From positions 176 through 64,175 of IMG/VR virus record IMGVR_UViG_3300045539_000055: a stretch of 64,000 nucleotides of DNA; one strand, 5' to 3'. The position numbers were made by a program, and so were the translations under genes. Source of the DNA: a virus. Taxonomy: Duplodnaviria > Caudoviricetes. The notes under the pieces are model-generated. The model saw only the letters and a program-made list of their open reading frames with translations. It was not told the origin of the DNA and did not search any database. Positions 42,294 through 52,008 of this stretch are shown piece after piece (positions within the stretch are counted from its first letter, which is position 1; each line of letters opens with the position of its first letter).

Positions 42294-44183
42294 TTATAAG
42301 CAAATATTTGTACATTGTGCAAATGTATCTAAAGTTAAGATTGTTCCTACATCTCCACTTGTTACTGTATAACCGGAATAATTATTAATACTCGCACTAA
42401 TAGATACACAAGCGAGGTCATTTATTATTCCTGTGCAAGATACGTTTGCTTTATCATTCGGAGCGGAACAAGCTGTACAACTTACAGTTACACCTATTAC
42501 ATCTCCTACATTAACAAAGTATGTACCAATGTCTGAAACATTTCTTGTTATAACAGAATTACCCTCTACATATATAACCATTACGCCATTTGCTGAAGTT
42601 TCTACAAAACTCCAATCTAACTGCACAAGAGGAGTTGTGTCTTGTATTAATCTTACTGAGAATCCATAATTTGGAGTGTATGAACCGCTGTTTAATACGC
42701 CATTAAAGGAGTTTAGATAGCGAATATAATTAAGTCCTACTCCATTATTGGTTCTGCTCCACCAATCTCCGTTAGCACCAAGATGTACGAACAAACCAAA
42801 ATCGCCACGACAACCTCCCGGAAGAGCTGTAAAACCACTTAAATTAGTAGCATCTGTATTAGGGCTATCCCAATGACACAGACCTGTTTCTTTCATTTTA
42901 CCACCAACATTTCCTATAGGTACTAAAGCATTTACTGTATTAGCTAATGTTGTCCATTCTGCATCTGTTGGAATATGATACCCAATAGGTGCTAACCCTC
43001 TTGGGTCATTTACAGCATATCCATTATATAATTTACCATAGGTCGGACCATTTAGAGGGTCATTATCGTAATAACACCAAGCCCCGGTTGTTAGATTATC
43101 CCAAGTAGTTGCATCAGTAACTTGTGGTATTGGGTCTCCGTTACTATAAGTTGTTACATCTAAATTACAAACAGTCCATTCTTGAGTTCCAATTGTGATT
43201 TCTGTACCCGGTACACAATCTAAACAGGCAGTATTACAAGCTGTTATTGCTACTATTACTCCGTTATCTACCTCTATTACTTTATTTGGAGAAGCTACGT
43301 TGCTCGTAAGGTAGAATCCATCAGGTAGCGGGAATTGACCATTTACATCTACAAAAACATAATCAAATAACCCTACGAAAGTATCTACAGCTGTGTGAAC
43401 TTTTGCAAAATAAAAAGTATTAGGAAACGGTGTAGAGCAAGGAATAGATGCCGATGCAAACACATTAGAAGCAGGAAAAGTTGGTAATGCTTCCGGACAA
43501 GCGGCTGTAAAATCCCAACCTGTTCCCGAACAAGGACCTATTATCTCAATAAGTAAAGCACTTGGAGTTGCAGTAGGTTTTGGTATTACCATTACGCAAA
43601 ATCCTGCTGAACCTGATTGTACAAAAAAATCAGCACTTGGAGGAGGAGATATTGTATCTGTTTGGAATGTTCCTGTATTATCAAATAAACCCGTTGAAGG
43701 GTTATATAAAAATACTGTATTAGTCTGTACCTGTCCTCCTGTGTACCAAGATGTACAAGCTCCTGTTGCACCTGTACTTCCTACAATTGTAAAATGCCCC
43801 GGATTTGGACTTTGAATAGCACCAAAAACAGGAGAAGATAACTTATTGTACACTACTCCATTATATGTAACTCTCATTCCATCAGGTACTGATTGAGGAT
43901 TCATTGAAACTATTATTGCTCCTGTTTCTGTACTTCCTACATCTAAATTTATTTGATAAACACCTTGACCTCCTGAACCTCCAATAGCAGTTCCGCAAGG
44001 TGCAGGACAAGGAGATACACAAGGCTCAGAAGTCAAAAGTATTCCCGATGACTGCTCTCTTGTTATTGTTCCATCTCCATAGAATCCATCAGGAGCTATG
44101 TTAGTTAAACCAAGGTCTAAATATACCGCTGTAGCTGTAGCTAAATCAGCGGCATCTAAATAGAATGTTGAATTTATTGCCAT
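42294..44183 (-). CDS. Cys-rich virion surface protein with Fibrobacter succinogenes major paralogous (FISUMP) domain
   Basis: IGTQEW...NL, YGKLYN.YAV..PRGLAP.GYHIPTDAEW, GFTALPGG.R, GFSVRL. Confidence 0.8.
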   Translation of the reverse strand: MAINSTFYLDAADLATATAVYLDLGLTNIAPDGFYGDGTITREQSSGILLTSEPCVSPCPAPCGTAIGGSGGQGVYQINLDVGSTETGAIIVSMNPQSVPDGMRVTYNGVVYNKLSSPVFGAIQSPNPGHFTIVGSTGATGACTSWYTGGQVQTNTVFLYNPSTGLFDNTGTFQTDTISPPPSADFFVQSGSAGFCVMVIPKPTATPSALLIEIIGPCSGTGWDFTAACPEALPTFPASNVFASASIPCSTPFPNTFYFAKVHTAVDTFVGLFDYVFVDVNGQFPLPDGFYLTSNVASPNKVIEVDNGVIVAITACNTACLDCVPGTEITIGTQEWTVCNLDVTTYSNGDPIPQVTDATTWDNLTTGAWCYYDNDPLNGPTYGKLYNGYAVNDPRGLAPIGYHIPTDAEWTTLANTVNALVPIGNVGGKMKETGLCHWDSPNTDATNLSGFTALPGGCRGDFGLFVHLGANGDWWSRTNNGVGLNYIRYLNSFNGVLNSGSYTPNYGFSVRLIQDTTPLVQLDWSFVETSANGVMVIYVEGNSVITRNVSDIGTYFVNVGDVIGVTVSCTACSAPNDKANVSCTGIINDLACVSISASINNYSGYTVTSGDVGTILTLDTFAQCTNICL

Positions 44184-44196
44184 ATTCTTAATTAAA

Positions 44197-47100
44197 TTAT
44201 GTTACACAGTCGCATAGGACATTTGTAATAGTTATACTTGTTTCAGCGTAAGGCTTTCCAATAGAACAATACACCACTCCTACTGCCGAAGCTAATAAAG
44301 GTAAACTTGACAGTATTCCTTGCTCGTTATAGAAGTAAATTGTTGTGTCAAAAGTCTCATTATTGGTTACTTCATAATAATTATATGGTGTTGTACACGT
44401 TAAATCACAATTACAACATACATCTACAGCACTTGTTCCAAAACACAAAGATACTTCAACGCCACAAGAATTACAAGGTTGTTGTGGGAGTAAAACTCCA
44501 TCTACTAACTCTCTCATAACGCCTCCTGTAGAATACATTCCATCGGGAGCTACATTTGTTAGGTTAATATCTTCAAAAATAGAAGTTGCTGTAGAGAAAG
44601 ATGCATTTAAGTAAACATTTACAAGTACACAATCGCAACATCCGTTTCCAATTGCTTCTCCTGAATAACATAGTTCAGCCGGTATAGCATCTCTTAAATC
44701 CCAAATTAAATAAAGGTACTCTCCAAGTGAACTTGCAGGAACTGTAAAGTCTGCATAATACAATGGAGCTGAGCCTGAATTAGGAGTAGCAACCGTAGAA
44801 GCTATCAATAATGCATTCATATCTACATTGGTATTATTGTACAACGTAGAACTTCTAAAGTATCTAAATTTGTCCTGAGCTATGTCGAATACATAATTAT
44901 CAGGAACAATAGCATTTGTAGCTAATCTCATAGTACTTCCCTCAGGAGGGAATCCACCTGACCCTACAAATCCTGATACGGTATTGTATCTTGATATAAG
45001 AGGACTTCCTGTTCCACCTGAGAATAAAACCAAGTTTTGAAGAAGTGGTCCTATGAAAGCTCCATCAGTATATCTATATTGAGTATGTATAGTACTTCCT
45101 GACTCTGAATCGTTTGTTACAACAACCTCAACAATAGTCATTGGCTCAGCTTGACAGCAATCTGCAAGTATATCCACAACCATATCTCCCGTATAGGTTA
45201 GAGTGATTTCTGCTGTTTCAATTAAAATGTTATTCTTATCAAAGAAAATACTTCCATCTACATTTGTTGCTCCTGATGTTACAACAGTTCCGTTATAATC
45301 AACACTCACAGTAAGTGTTTTGCCTACTTCTATATCTGAGAACACCCAAGCAATCTCAGAGATGCCTACAAGAGGACCTAAGTCAACACAATACACGAAA
45401 GTTTTTGAAACTTCTGTATCAACGGATAATGTAAATGTTTGACTGATTCCACAATTTAAACATTGAGCATTTATTGGCAATTGTTGGTCATTCATTGCTA
45501 ACACATACTCATTCATATAAGGGTCAAAACCTCCAAGTTTTTGGAAATTAAAAGATGCGTTAAATTTATCTCTAAACCACGTTCTCATACTTTGTTCAGA
45601 TATAGCTACTAACTGCTCGCTTTGGCTATCTCCTCCTTTTAATTGAAGAACTGCTCCACGTTTTGCATCAGCGAAAAATCTATCAAATCCCCATTGAACA
45701 TAACTCTCAGGATTAAAACTAATGCCATACTTTTCAGTACGTGCTATTTGTGTTCCTAAGACCTCAGGAGTAGCTGTAATGATACCACCGGCACTTGCAT
45801 CCGACAGTAAGTTTTTCTCAGCTAAAACGTAAGATATTTTATCTTCTTGTAAAGTAAGAATATCTGTGTTTCTTCCATCTAATAATTGGATTGGTCCAAA
45901 TGAAGATTCGCAATGCTTAAAGTTTGATAAACCTGAGTTGAACTCATTTAGCTTATTTATATTTGACTCTCCATTGTAAACGCCACTATATGTAATATCT
46001 GAAAACCTATCAGCAGATTTGTAATCTTGAGCAGCAACTGTAGTTACTCTTTCTCCAAAATTAAAAGACCTTCCTATAATAGAATCACGTATTTTATAGC
46101 TTTCAGCACCATTTCCAAAAGAGTAACAGTTAAAAAACTGAGTGTCAATTATAGCAGGAGTTCCTGTTGAAATGTTTTGATTTTGAATATTTCCTGCGTG
46201 GTTTCCATCTATGTCAATAGGGAAAGATAATTCATTCTCAAAAAATACATCAGGTAATGAGTCAGAAGGTTCTGTTTCAAATATGATTGTATTTTCTGCA
46301 CGATACACTTCAATGTTTGCAGTAATATAAATTCTACGAGAATATTTATAGTTTTTACCTGTACAACTATTTGTACTACTCCAACTAATAGTAAGTTGAT
46401 TAGTAGTTGGATTTCTATAAAATTGCCAATAATTTATATCTGTAGATACGTTAGTTAATTGAGTAGATGTACCCGGAACAAACTCATTTGTCTCTCCATC
46501 TCCTTTATCAATACCTGAATTTATAGTAAGTTGAATATTGTCTCCAACAAACCACTCATACATATTATCATAGTCTGATGTAGAAGTATAAACTTTTTCT
46601 AAAGTATAACCTCTTGGTTCACAAGCTCCCGCTACACCGGCTCTATTCCAATCTACATACCAATTTATTCTACTTCCGGCAGGTACATTGTAATCAATAT
46701 ACATACCCGGATTTGCAGGGTCTGCAATATTCATAGGATAAGTTAATATAAAATGGTCTCCTCCACTTCCCCAACCTTGTAGCTGACCCGGTGCTATAAC
46801 AGCATTTTGAGTTTGTACTAAATTAAAACTATTAGGATTTAACTTTATATATAATCCCGCAGGAACATTAATATTCACTGTAGGGTCTGTATCGCTTGGT
46901 ATCTCAAGAAAACCTTTTGGTTGAGGTTCTTTGTCAAGTACAGTTGTATAAACGCAATTTAAAGTCGGTCCTTGAGTATCTGCCTTAACAATAAGTCTAT
47001 CTCCATTTTCAACTTTTCTCATATTCTCTCCTTCGAGTAAAAGAAATGCTTCATTTGTCTCAGGATTAATGAAAAATAAATTACTGTAAACAGTCTCATA

Positions 47101-49074
47101 TCTTTCAGCATCAGGCTTAATCACAAACTTATATCTTGTAGCCCATTTAGGTGCTCTTTGAGTAGGAGGTATTATAGCTTGAATACTATTTTTATTTGGA
47201 GCATATCCACAAGGAACAAACTCTGCATTATTAGTACTAACTAAAGCGGTTGTAGCTCTATTAAATTCATCCATATAAACCAATCCTACTTCATATCCTC
47301 TATTGCTATGTAAACTTCGAGGGTTTGCAAGCTCTTGGAATATAGCTTGTGCATAAGTAACTTGATAATACTCATAAGCTCTTTTAGTTGGGGTAGTTAT
47401 ATCATCTACATATTCCATAGCAAGAAACTGAAAACCAATTACAGTACTTGCAGGAGATGTTATTATTTTTATAGGCTGTAATGCAGCTGTAAGCGTGTTA
47501 ATTCCACTTGCTTTTTTTGTAAAAGTATTAGGTGCAAGACCTAAATTGTTTGGTAATAAACAGTTGAAAGAATCTGTAAACGTAACTCCATTACAAGAAG
47601 TATCTTGTCCTACTATAGTTGTTGATACGGGAAGTATATTCAAAGCTGTACCTACTGCATTTTCAAACTGAGGACTTGTTGCTAATTCATATACAGAAGT
47701 ATAGTTTTGAGTCAACAAAAAGCTAAAAACAAGAGATACTCCATCAGTTGTCTCATCAGGAAATGGTGTATATCCTGTCCATTGTTTGTGAGATATTGTA
47801 ACATCTAAAGATATTGCAGCACCTTCAACTAAAGGAGAAGCTGCTAAATCAAAATTTACAATACAATCAGCTACAGTTAGACCTGTAGATGCAGGGTCTA
47901 TATTATAGACACCACTTGCTGTTGTATCTGTTAATGTTGTATTTCCAATTACTTCAGTTATTAATGTGGTCTGATATTCTATCTTAGTAGGTTGACCATT
48001 TTTATCAATCAAGTCATACCCTTCAACATAATTACCAAACATAAGTCTATTACCCATTATTGTTTGGGCTTTAGCAAATCTTGGTACATTATCGTAAAGT
48101 CTTAGAATTTCAGCTTCATTTAATACGGTAAATATTTTACTATTATTAAATGAATATTGCACAACTTGATTATTACCAAATCCTGCATTGGCTTTGTCTA
48201 TTTGCTGAATAATTTTTATTACATTATTCTCTGATTGTTTGAATAATAAATCAATACCAACCACAAGAGGACCTCCTGTATTGTAGTTTATAATTGCTGT
48301 GTTGCAGAAATTAGTCATACCCTCATTTAGCATACTATTAACGCTAAATTGGAACTGATTAGGAACAAACGCAGGAGCAGACCATTGAGATGTAGCAGAG
48401 TACTCTCCATCTACATACTTGTATCTATAGGCAAAACAAATAAATCTTGTCTCTAAAAAGTTTTGTTGTCCACTTGTAGTAATTGGAGTTACTTCAGGTG
48501 CTTCAATAGGTGGTTTTTTTATAACAAGAATTGCTTCAGGATTCAACACATCAAGATTTGCGACCGGATTAGGGTAGTTTCTATTTATGTTTATATTTCG
48601 TGGAGCATTATAATCATCTGTCCAAAATAAAAGGTCATCGATTAAATTTACTCCCGTAATTAAATACGTTGGATTAAAATTTAAAACGGTGTTGACACCG
48701 CTACCATCGTCAATACTAATAACGTGATATGTTAATATGTTTGTAAGTACATTGTAAGAAACGATTAAATCAAGTTTCCCCGTAGCTCCAACAGTAAATG
48801 CAGGGTCGTGAACAAACCAAAAGATTGTTTCATTAGCACTGTCTTGTATAGCTCCAATACACCTTGCTTGAGTACTTAACTGAGTTCCGTTAAGATAAGC
48901 CAATGTAGTTAGATGTAAGTTACCTTTTGTATTAGTAACAACACCAACTTCGGCTAATTCTGTTGAACCCATTCTGACATTCATAGCATCAACATATTCG
49001 CCATCAGGAAGCAATCGTTGGTCAACGATTTTATTCATTCTTCCTGCTAAAAAATTTCTTGTTACGTTTGCCAT
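44197..49074 (-). CDS. Tail stabilisation/nozzle protein, large N-terminal part
   Basis: RNFLAGRMNK..D.RL.PDGEY.DAMN, LFWTD..NAPR.IN, FAYRYKY.DGEYS and AKAQ...GNRLM.GNY. Confidence 0.8.
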   Translation of the reverse strand: MANVTRNFLAGRMNKIVDQRLLPDGEYVDAMNVRMGSTELAEVGVVTNTKGNLHLTTLAYLNGTQLSTQARCIGAIQDSANETIFWFVHDPAFTVGATGKLDLIVSYNVLTNILTYHVISIDDGSGVNTVLNFNPTYLITGVNLIDDLLFWTDDYNAPRNININRNYPNPVANLDVLNPEAILVIKKPPIEAPEVTPITTSGQQNFLETRFICFAYRYKYVDGEYSATSQWSAPAFVPNQFQFSVNSMLNEGMTNFCNTAIINYNTGGPLVVGIDLLFKQSENNVIKIIQQIDKANAGFGNNQVVQYSFNNSKIFTVLNEAEILRLYDNVPRFAKAQTIMGNRLMFGNYVEGYDLIDKNGQPTKIEYQTTLITEVIGNTTLTDTTASGVYNIDPASTGLTVADCIVNFDLAASPLVEGAAISLDVTISHKQWTGYTPFPDETTDGVSLVFSFLLTQNYTSVYELATSPQFENAVGTALNILPVSTTIVGQDTSCNGVTFTDSFNCLLPNNLGLAPNTFTKKASGINTLTAALQPIKIITSPASTVIGFQFLAMEYVDDITTPTKRAYEYYQVTYAQAIFQELANPRSLHSNRGYEVGLVYMDEFNRATTALVSTNNAEFVPCGYAPNKNSIQAIIPPTQRAPKWATRYKFVIKPDAERYETVYSNLFFINPETNEAFLLLEGENMRKVENGDRLIVKADTQGPTLNCVYTTVLDKEPQPKGFLEIPSDTDPTVNINVPAGLYIKLNPNSFNLVQTQNAVIAPGQLQGWGSGGDHFILTYPMNIADPANPGMYIDYNVPAGSRINWYVDWNRAGVAGACEPRGYTLEKVYTSTSDYDNMYEWFVGDNIQLTINSGIDKGDGETNEFVPGTSTQLTNVSTDINYWQFYRNPTTNQLTISWSSTNSCTGKNYKYSRRIYITANIEVYRAENTIIFETEPSDSLPDVFFENELSFPIDIDGNHAGNIQNQNISTGTPAIIDTQFFNCYSFGNGAESYKIRDSIIGRSFNFGERVTTVAAQDYKSADRFSDITYSGVYNGESNINKLNEFNSGLSNFKHCESSFGPIQLLDGRNTDILTLQEDKISYVLAEKNLLSDASAGGIITATPEVLGTQIARTEKYGISFNPESYVQWGFDRFFADAKRGAVLQLKGGDSQSEQLVAISEQSMRTWFRDKFNASFNFQKLGGFDPYMNEYVLAMNDQQLPINAQCLNCGISQTFTLSVDTEVSKTFVYCVDLGPLVGISEIAWVFSDIEVGKTLTVSVDYNGTVVTSGATNVDGSIFFDKNNILIETAEITLTYTGDMVVDILADCCQAEPMTIVEVVVTNDSESGSTIHTQYRYTDGAFIGPLLQNLVLFSGGTGSPLISRYNTVSGFVGSGGFPPEGSTMRLATNAIVPDNYVFDIAQDKFRYFRSSTLYNNTNVDMNALLIASTVATPNSGSAPLYYADFTVPASSLGEYLYLIWDLRDAIPAELCYSGEAIGNGCCDCVLVNVYLNASFSTATSIFEDINLTNVAPDGMYSTGGVMRELVDGVLLPQQPCNSCGVEVSLCFGTSAVDVCCNCDLTCTTPYNYYEVTNNETFDTTIYFYNEQGILSSLPLLASAVGVVYCSIGKPYAETSITITNVLCDCVT

Positions 49075-49075
49075 A

Positions 49076-49999
49076 TTACTTAATTATCTTGTCCATACCT
49101 CTTAAATTCATTAAGAGTCTGCCCGGATGAATATTACTAATTCTTATTTTTGCATTTGACAATAAAGCCTTTCTTTTTTTACGACAACGATTAATAACAT
49201 ACTCTTGAACATTGAATTTAGAACTCAATATTTCATATTCAATTGCAGCGTACACGTAGGCTTCAAATAGTTTATTAACCGTGATTAATGAATTGTCTCC
49301 ATTTTCCATACCATCAGACACATACTCAAGAATACAAAGTTCTCCCGCCATACTTGAATCGAAATTTATTACTCCTGCTTTTTTGTCAATTTTAAAAGTA
49401 GGATTAAAGTTTGCAGTTTCAGTATTTAATCCAAAAGGTGTGCCTACATTATAATCAAAATACCACATTCCATCCATATTCCAACCTGCCTGACCGTGAA
49501 ATTGATTTCCTTGATTTAAGTAGATGCTTTTCTTTAGTTTCATTAACCTATCATAATCAATATCTGAGTATTGTGGTTTAAGTACGTTTCCATTTTGGTC
49601 AAATAAAATATTTCCTTGTTGGTCCTGAAGATAAGCATTAGAAGATAATGCCTGAATATTTTCAGTCAAAGGTCTTAACCAACCATCTTTGTATAAAGAA
49701 ATACGAACCCAATTCACATAGTCTGATGGAAGTACATATCTTAGCGAATCTGCCACGCTTAACTCTAATACTTTTATTTCCTTGAACGCATCATAATTAA
49801 GCTCTTGTATGGCTCGTTTTGCGTGAAAGATTATTTTATACCTTTCTTCATTATTTACTAATGAGTGGTTTCCTGAATACATCAATAAGAAGTTATTGAC
49901 TATATCATCTAAACTAACATATTGGTACGAACCCCAATTTGCATCTTGAGGTGTGTTACCATTATTGTCGTAATATTCATATTGCGATATATATGCCAT
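49076..49999 (-). CDS. Tail ring / head-tail structural protein
   Basis: FHAKRAIQELNYD, LPSDYVNWVRIS and ILEYVSDG. Confidence 0.75.
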   Translation of the reverse strand: MAYISQYEYYDNNGNTPQDANWGSYQYVSLDDIVNNFLLMYSGNHSLVNNEERYKIIFHAKRAIQELNYDAFKEIKVLELSVADSLRYVLPSDYVNWVRISLYKDGWLRPLTENIQALSSNAYLQDQQGNILFDQNGNVLKPQYSDIDYDRLMKLKKSIYLNQGNQFHGQAGWNMDGMWYFDYNVGTPFGLNTETANFNPTFKIDKKAGVINFDSSMAGELCILEYVSDGMENGDNSLITVNKLFEAYVYAAIEYEILSSKFNVQEYVINRCRKKRKALLSNAKIRISNIHPGRLLMNLRGMDKIIK

Positions 50000-50014
50000 T
50001 TCTCGTTGTTTTTA

Positions 50015-50947
50015 TTATTGATTATTTTGCTGTTCTTGAATCATACCAAATTGAGCAACTTCAGTTTCACGAATTGAAATACCACAATATTGAAGTATCT
50101 TCATTACTAATATATAAATATCTGAAAAAGGAAGTTCAAAATCTTGATAATCAGGTTGTGATTGGTCAAAAGCAGGCTCCCCACTTACTAATGTAATATA
50201 TGTCCACTTTGGAGTTTTAGGGTATCTAAAATAAACACATTCAACTTTTCCTTTAGCATCTATAGTGTCGGGAAACAACTTAATTGTCTCTTCCTCAAGA
50301 GTGTATGATGGATAAAATTCAGTTGGACTTGTTAGGCTCGATGCATTAAGCATTGTGATTTTTCCAACACTTACTTTATCTGCTTCTTTTACTGCTTTTG
50401 AGTAAATATTATAAACCTGTCCTACTGCTGTAAAAAGATTAGCACTTAAAACCAATGTTGTGTTTGAAAATACATTTGTAATTGTAGCAACAGTACTTAA
50501 ATTTGCATTAACAACAACATCTCCTACAGACAAACCATCAGATAAAAATGTTGCAGCAGAATTTACAAGTAAATTTGAAGATACGCCTGTAGTGGCTCCT
50601 GATGTCAATTTTTTTGTATGACAAAGCATTTTAAGAATATAATAATCATCATCTCCTGTTGTAGTAAGAGATGGTGCTGAGTATCTATTTAAGCCTAAAT
50701 GTGCTAAATAATTTGTAACTAAAAAACCTTCAAGAGTTTCAGCTATAGGACCTTCAATTTCAGCATAATCACTCCCGGCTGTACGTGCATTTTCAGCATT
50801 TATAGCCTTGTTATAATTTTTGAAGTAATCTTCAAATATCTCCATCTGTGCATTTTCAGCAAATAAATTGAAGTCTGATGGAGAAATATACCCATAATTA
50901 TTTTTATTTAATACGGATAGTACTGTATTTCTAACTTCGTTTATCAT
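50015..50947 (-). CDS. Head-tail adaptor / ring protein
   Basis: V.SVLNK.NYGYISP.DFN..A..AQ, Y.RYP..PKW.Y, DFELP; -7 box TATATTTG at 50964-50971. Confidence 0.75.
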   Translation of the reverse strand: MINEVRNTVLSVLNKNNYGYISPSDFNLFAENAQMEIFEDYFKNYNKAINAENARTAGSDYAEIEGPIAETLEGFLVTNYLAHLGLNRYSAPSLTTTGDDDYYILKMLCHTKKLTSGATTGVSSNLLVNSAATFLSDGLSVGDVVVNANLSTVATITNVFSNTTLVLSANLFTAVGQVYNIYSKAVKEADKVSVGKITMLNASSLTSPTEFYPSYTLEEETIKLFPDTIDAKGKVECVYFRYPKTPKWTYITLVSGEPAFDQSQPDYQDFELPFSDIYILVMKILQYCGISIRETEVAQFGMIQEQQNNQ

Positions 50948-50974
50948 TTTTCAAATCTTTTTACAAATATACAT

Positions 50975-51002
50975 AAAAAAAGCACAGAAATAAATCTGTG
51001 CT
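50975..51002 (-). terminator. Intrinsic terminator
   Basis: AGCACAGA/TCTGTGCT stem followed by a U-run on the minus strand. Confidence 0.75.
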
Positions 51003-51036
51003 AATTTTCGACCAAGGACACCTCAATCCGGTTGTG

Positions 51037-51780
51037 TTATTGCGGCAAATTAGCCTCTAACATTTTAAGAGCATCAATCCCATCATCACTTGACAAGAAG
51101 TAAGCCACCATATCATAAGGGTCTTCTCCGTATGGTACTGACAACATTTTTTTCTTGTTCGTTGGTGTGTTGAACCAAACCTCTTTATCTCCGTTGCGTA
51201 ATGCTAATAACTTCTCTTCAAAGAATAATCTAACCTTAGCTTGAAACTGTAGTTCAGGGTCATTCAATGTAGCTAAGAAACCTTTTGGGTCATTTTTAGC
51301 AAATACCAATATATCTCTTTTTAATTCCGCTGTCGAAATTGTAGAAGGGTCTTTTCCAAACATAACTCTTGTTAGAGTTTCAATTTGTTCAAGAGAAAGT
51401 TTTCTTGCTTCAACTAAAGCATCAATCTCTAAATCTAAATCTTCTACTTCAGAAGCAGCATCTTTTTCATCATCTACTTCAACGAATATTCTTCCGTTTA
51501 AAGGATGATAGTGCAAGAACTCTTGCAATACAGGATTTGTTCTTGAAACAGATAAAAACCCATCTTCAAAAATAATAGGCTCAAGAATTGAGTTACCATC
51601 TTGCTCATCCTCGAAAGGAGACTTCTGATTAACTGCATATCTTAAAGCTCTGTTTTGATTCTTTTTTTCATCAAACCACATTAGTGGGAATCTTGGATGA
51701 TTTCTTGATGCTAAACTATAGGAAAGTGGATTGCCTATTGTCAATTTGTAAACTTTGTTTACTGAAACTATTGTTGCCAT
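51037..51780 (-). CDS. Conserved protein downstream of MCP
   Basis: LRYA.NQKSPF.DEQ and IIFEDG.L.V. Confidence 0.7.
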   Translation of the reverse strand: MATIVSVNKVYKLTIGNPLSYSLASRNHPRFPLMWFDEKKNQNRALRYAVNQKSPFEDEQDGNSILEPIIFEDGFLSVSRTNPVLQEFLHYHPLNGRIFVEVDDEKDAASEVEDLDLEIDALVEARKLSLEQIETLTRVMFGKDPSTISTAELKRDILVFAKNDPKGFLATLNDPELQFQAKVRLFFEEKLLALRNGDKEVWFNTPTNKKKMLSVPYGEDPYDMVAYFLSSDDGIDALKMLEANLPQ

Positions 51781-51815
51781 TTTTAATATTGATTTAATTT
51801 AATTTAATTTTTTTT

Positions 51816-51997
51816 ACCTTTTAAAAAGGTCCGAGCCTCAGATTACGATTATTCAAAGAGACTAAACAAAAAGAGAAGTTACTCCTTCCTTGCCCTTCGA
51901 CAATTCTTAGCTCCGTTTACTCAAACAACTTTCATAAGCGGCTCATTCCTAATTAGGAACTCTATAGCCACCCCCGAAGGGGCGGCATCTAAAGTTC
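51816..51997 (-). ncRNA. Candidate structured RNA in MCP 3' region
   Basis: GAACUUUA...GCCGCCCC-UUCG-GGGGUGGC..UAGAGUUC hairpin, then a GAGCC/GGCUC-closed multiloop. Confidence 0.5.
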
Positions 51998-52008
51998 TTT
52001 ACTATATA

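Noticed and set aside
51910-51945. GAGCCG...GAAAG...CGG resembling group II intron domain V
   Set aside because: The pairing geometry does not fit the 34-nt domain V, and there are no other intron domains or RT gene.
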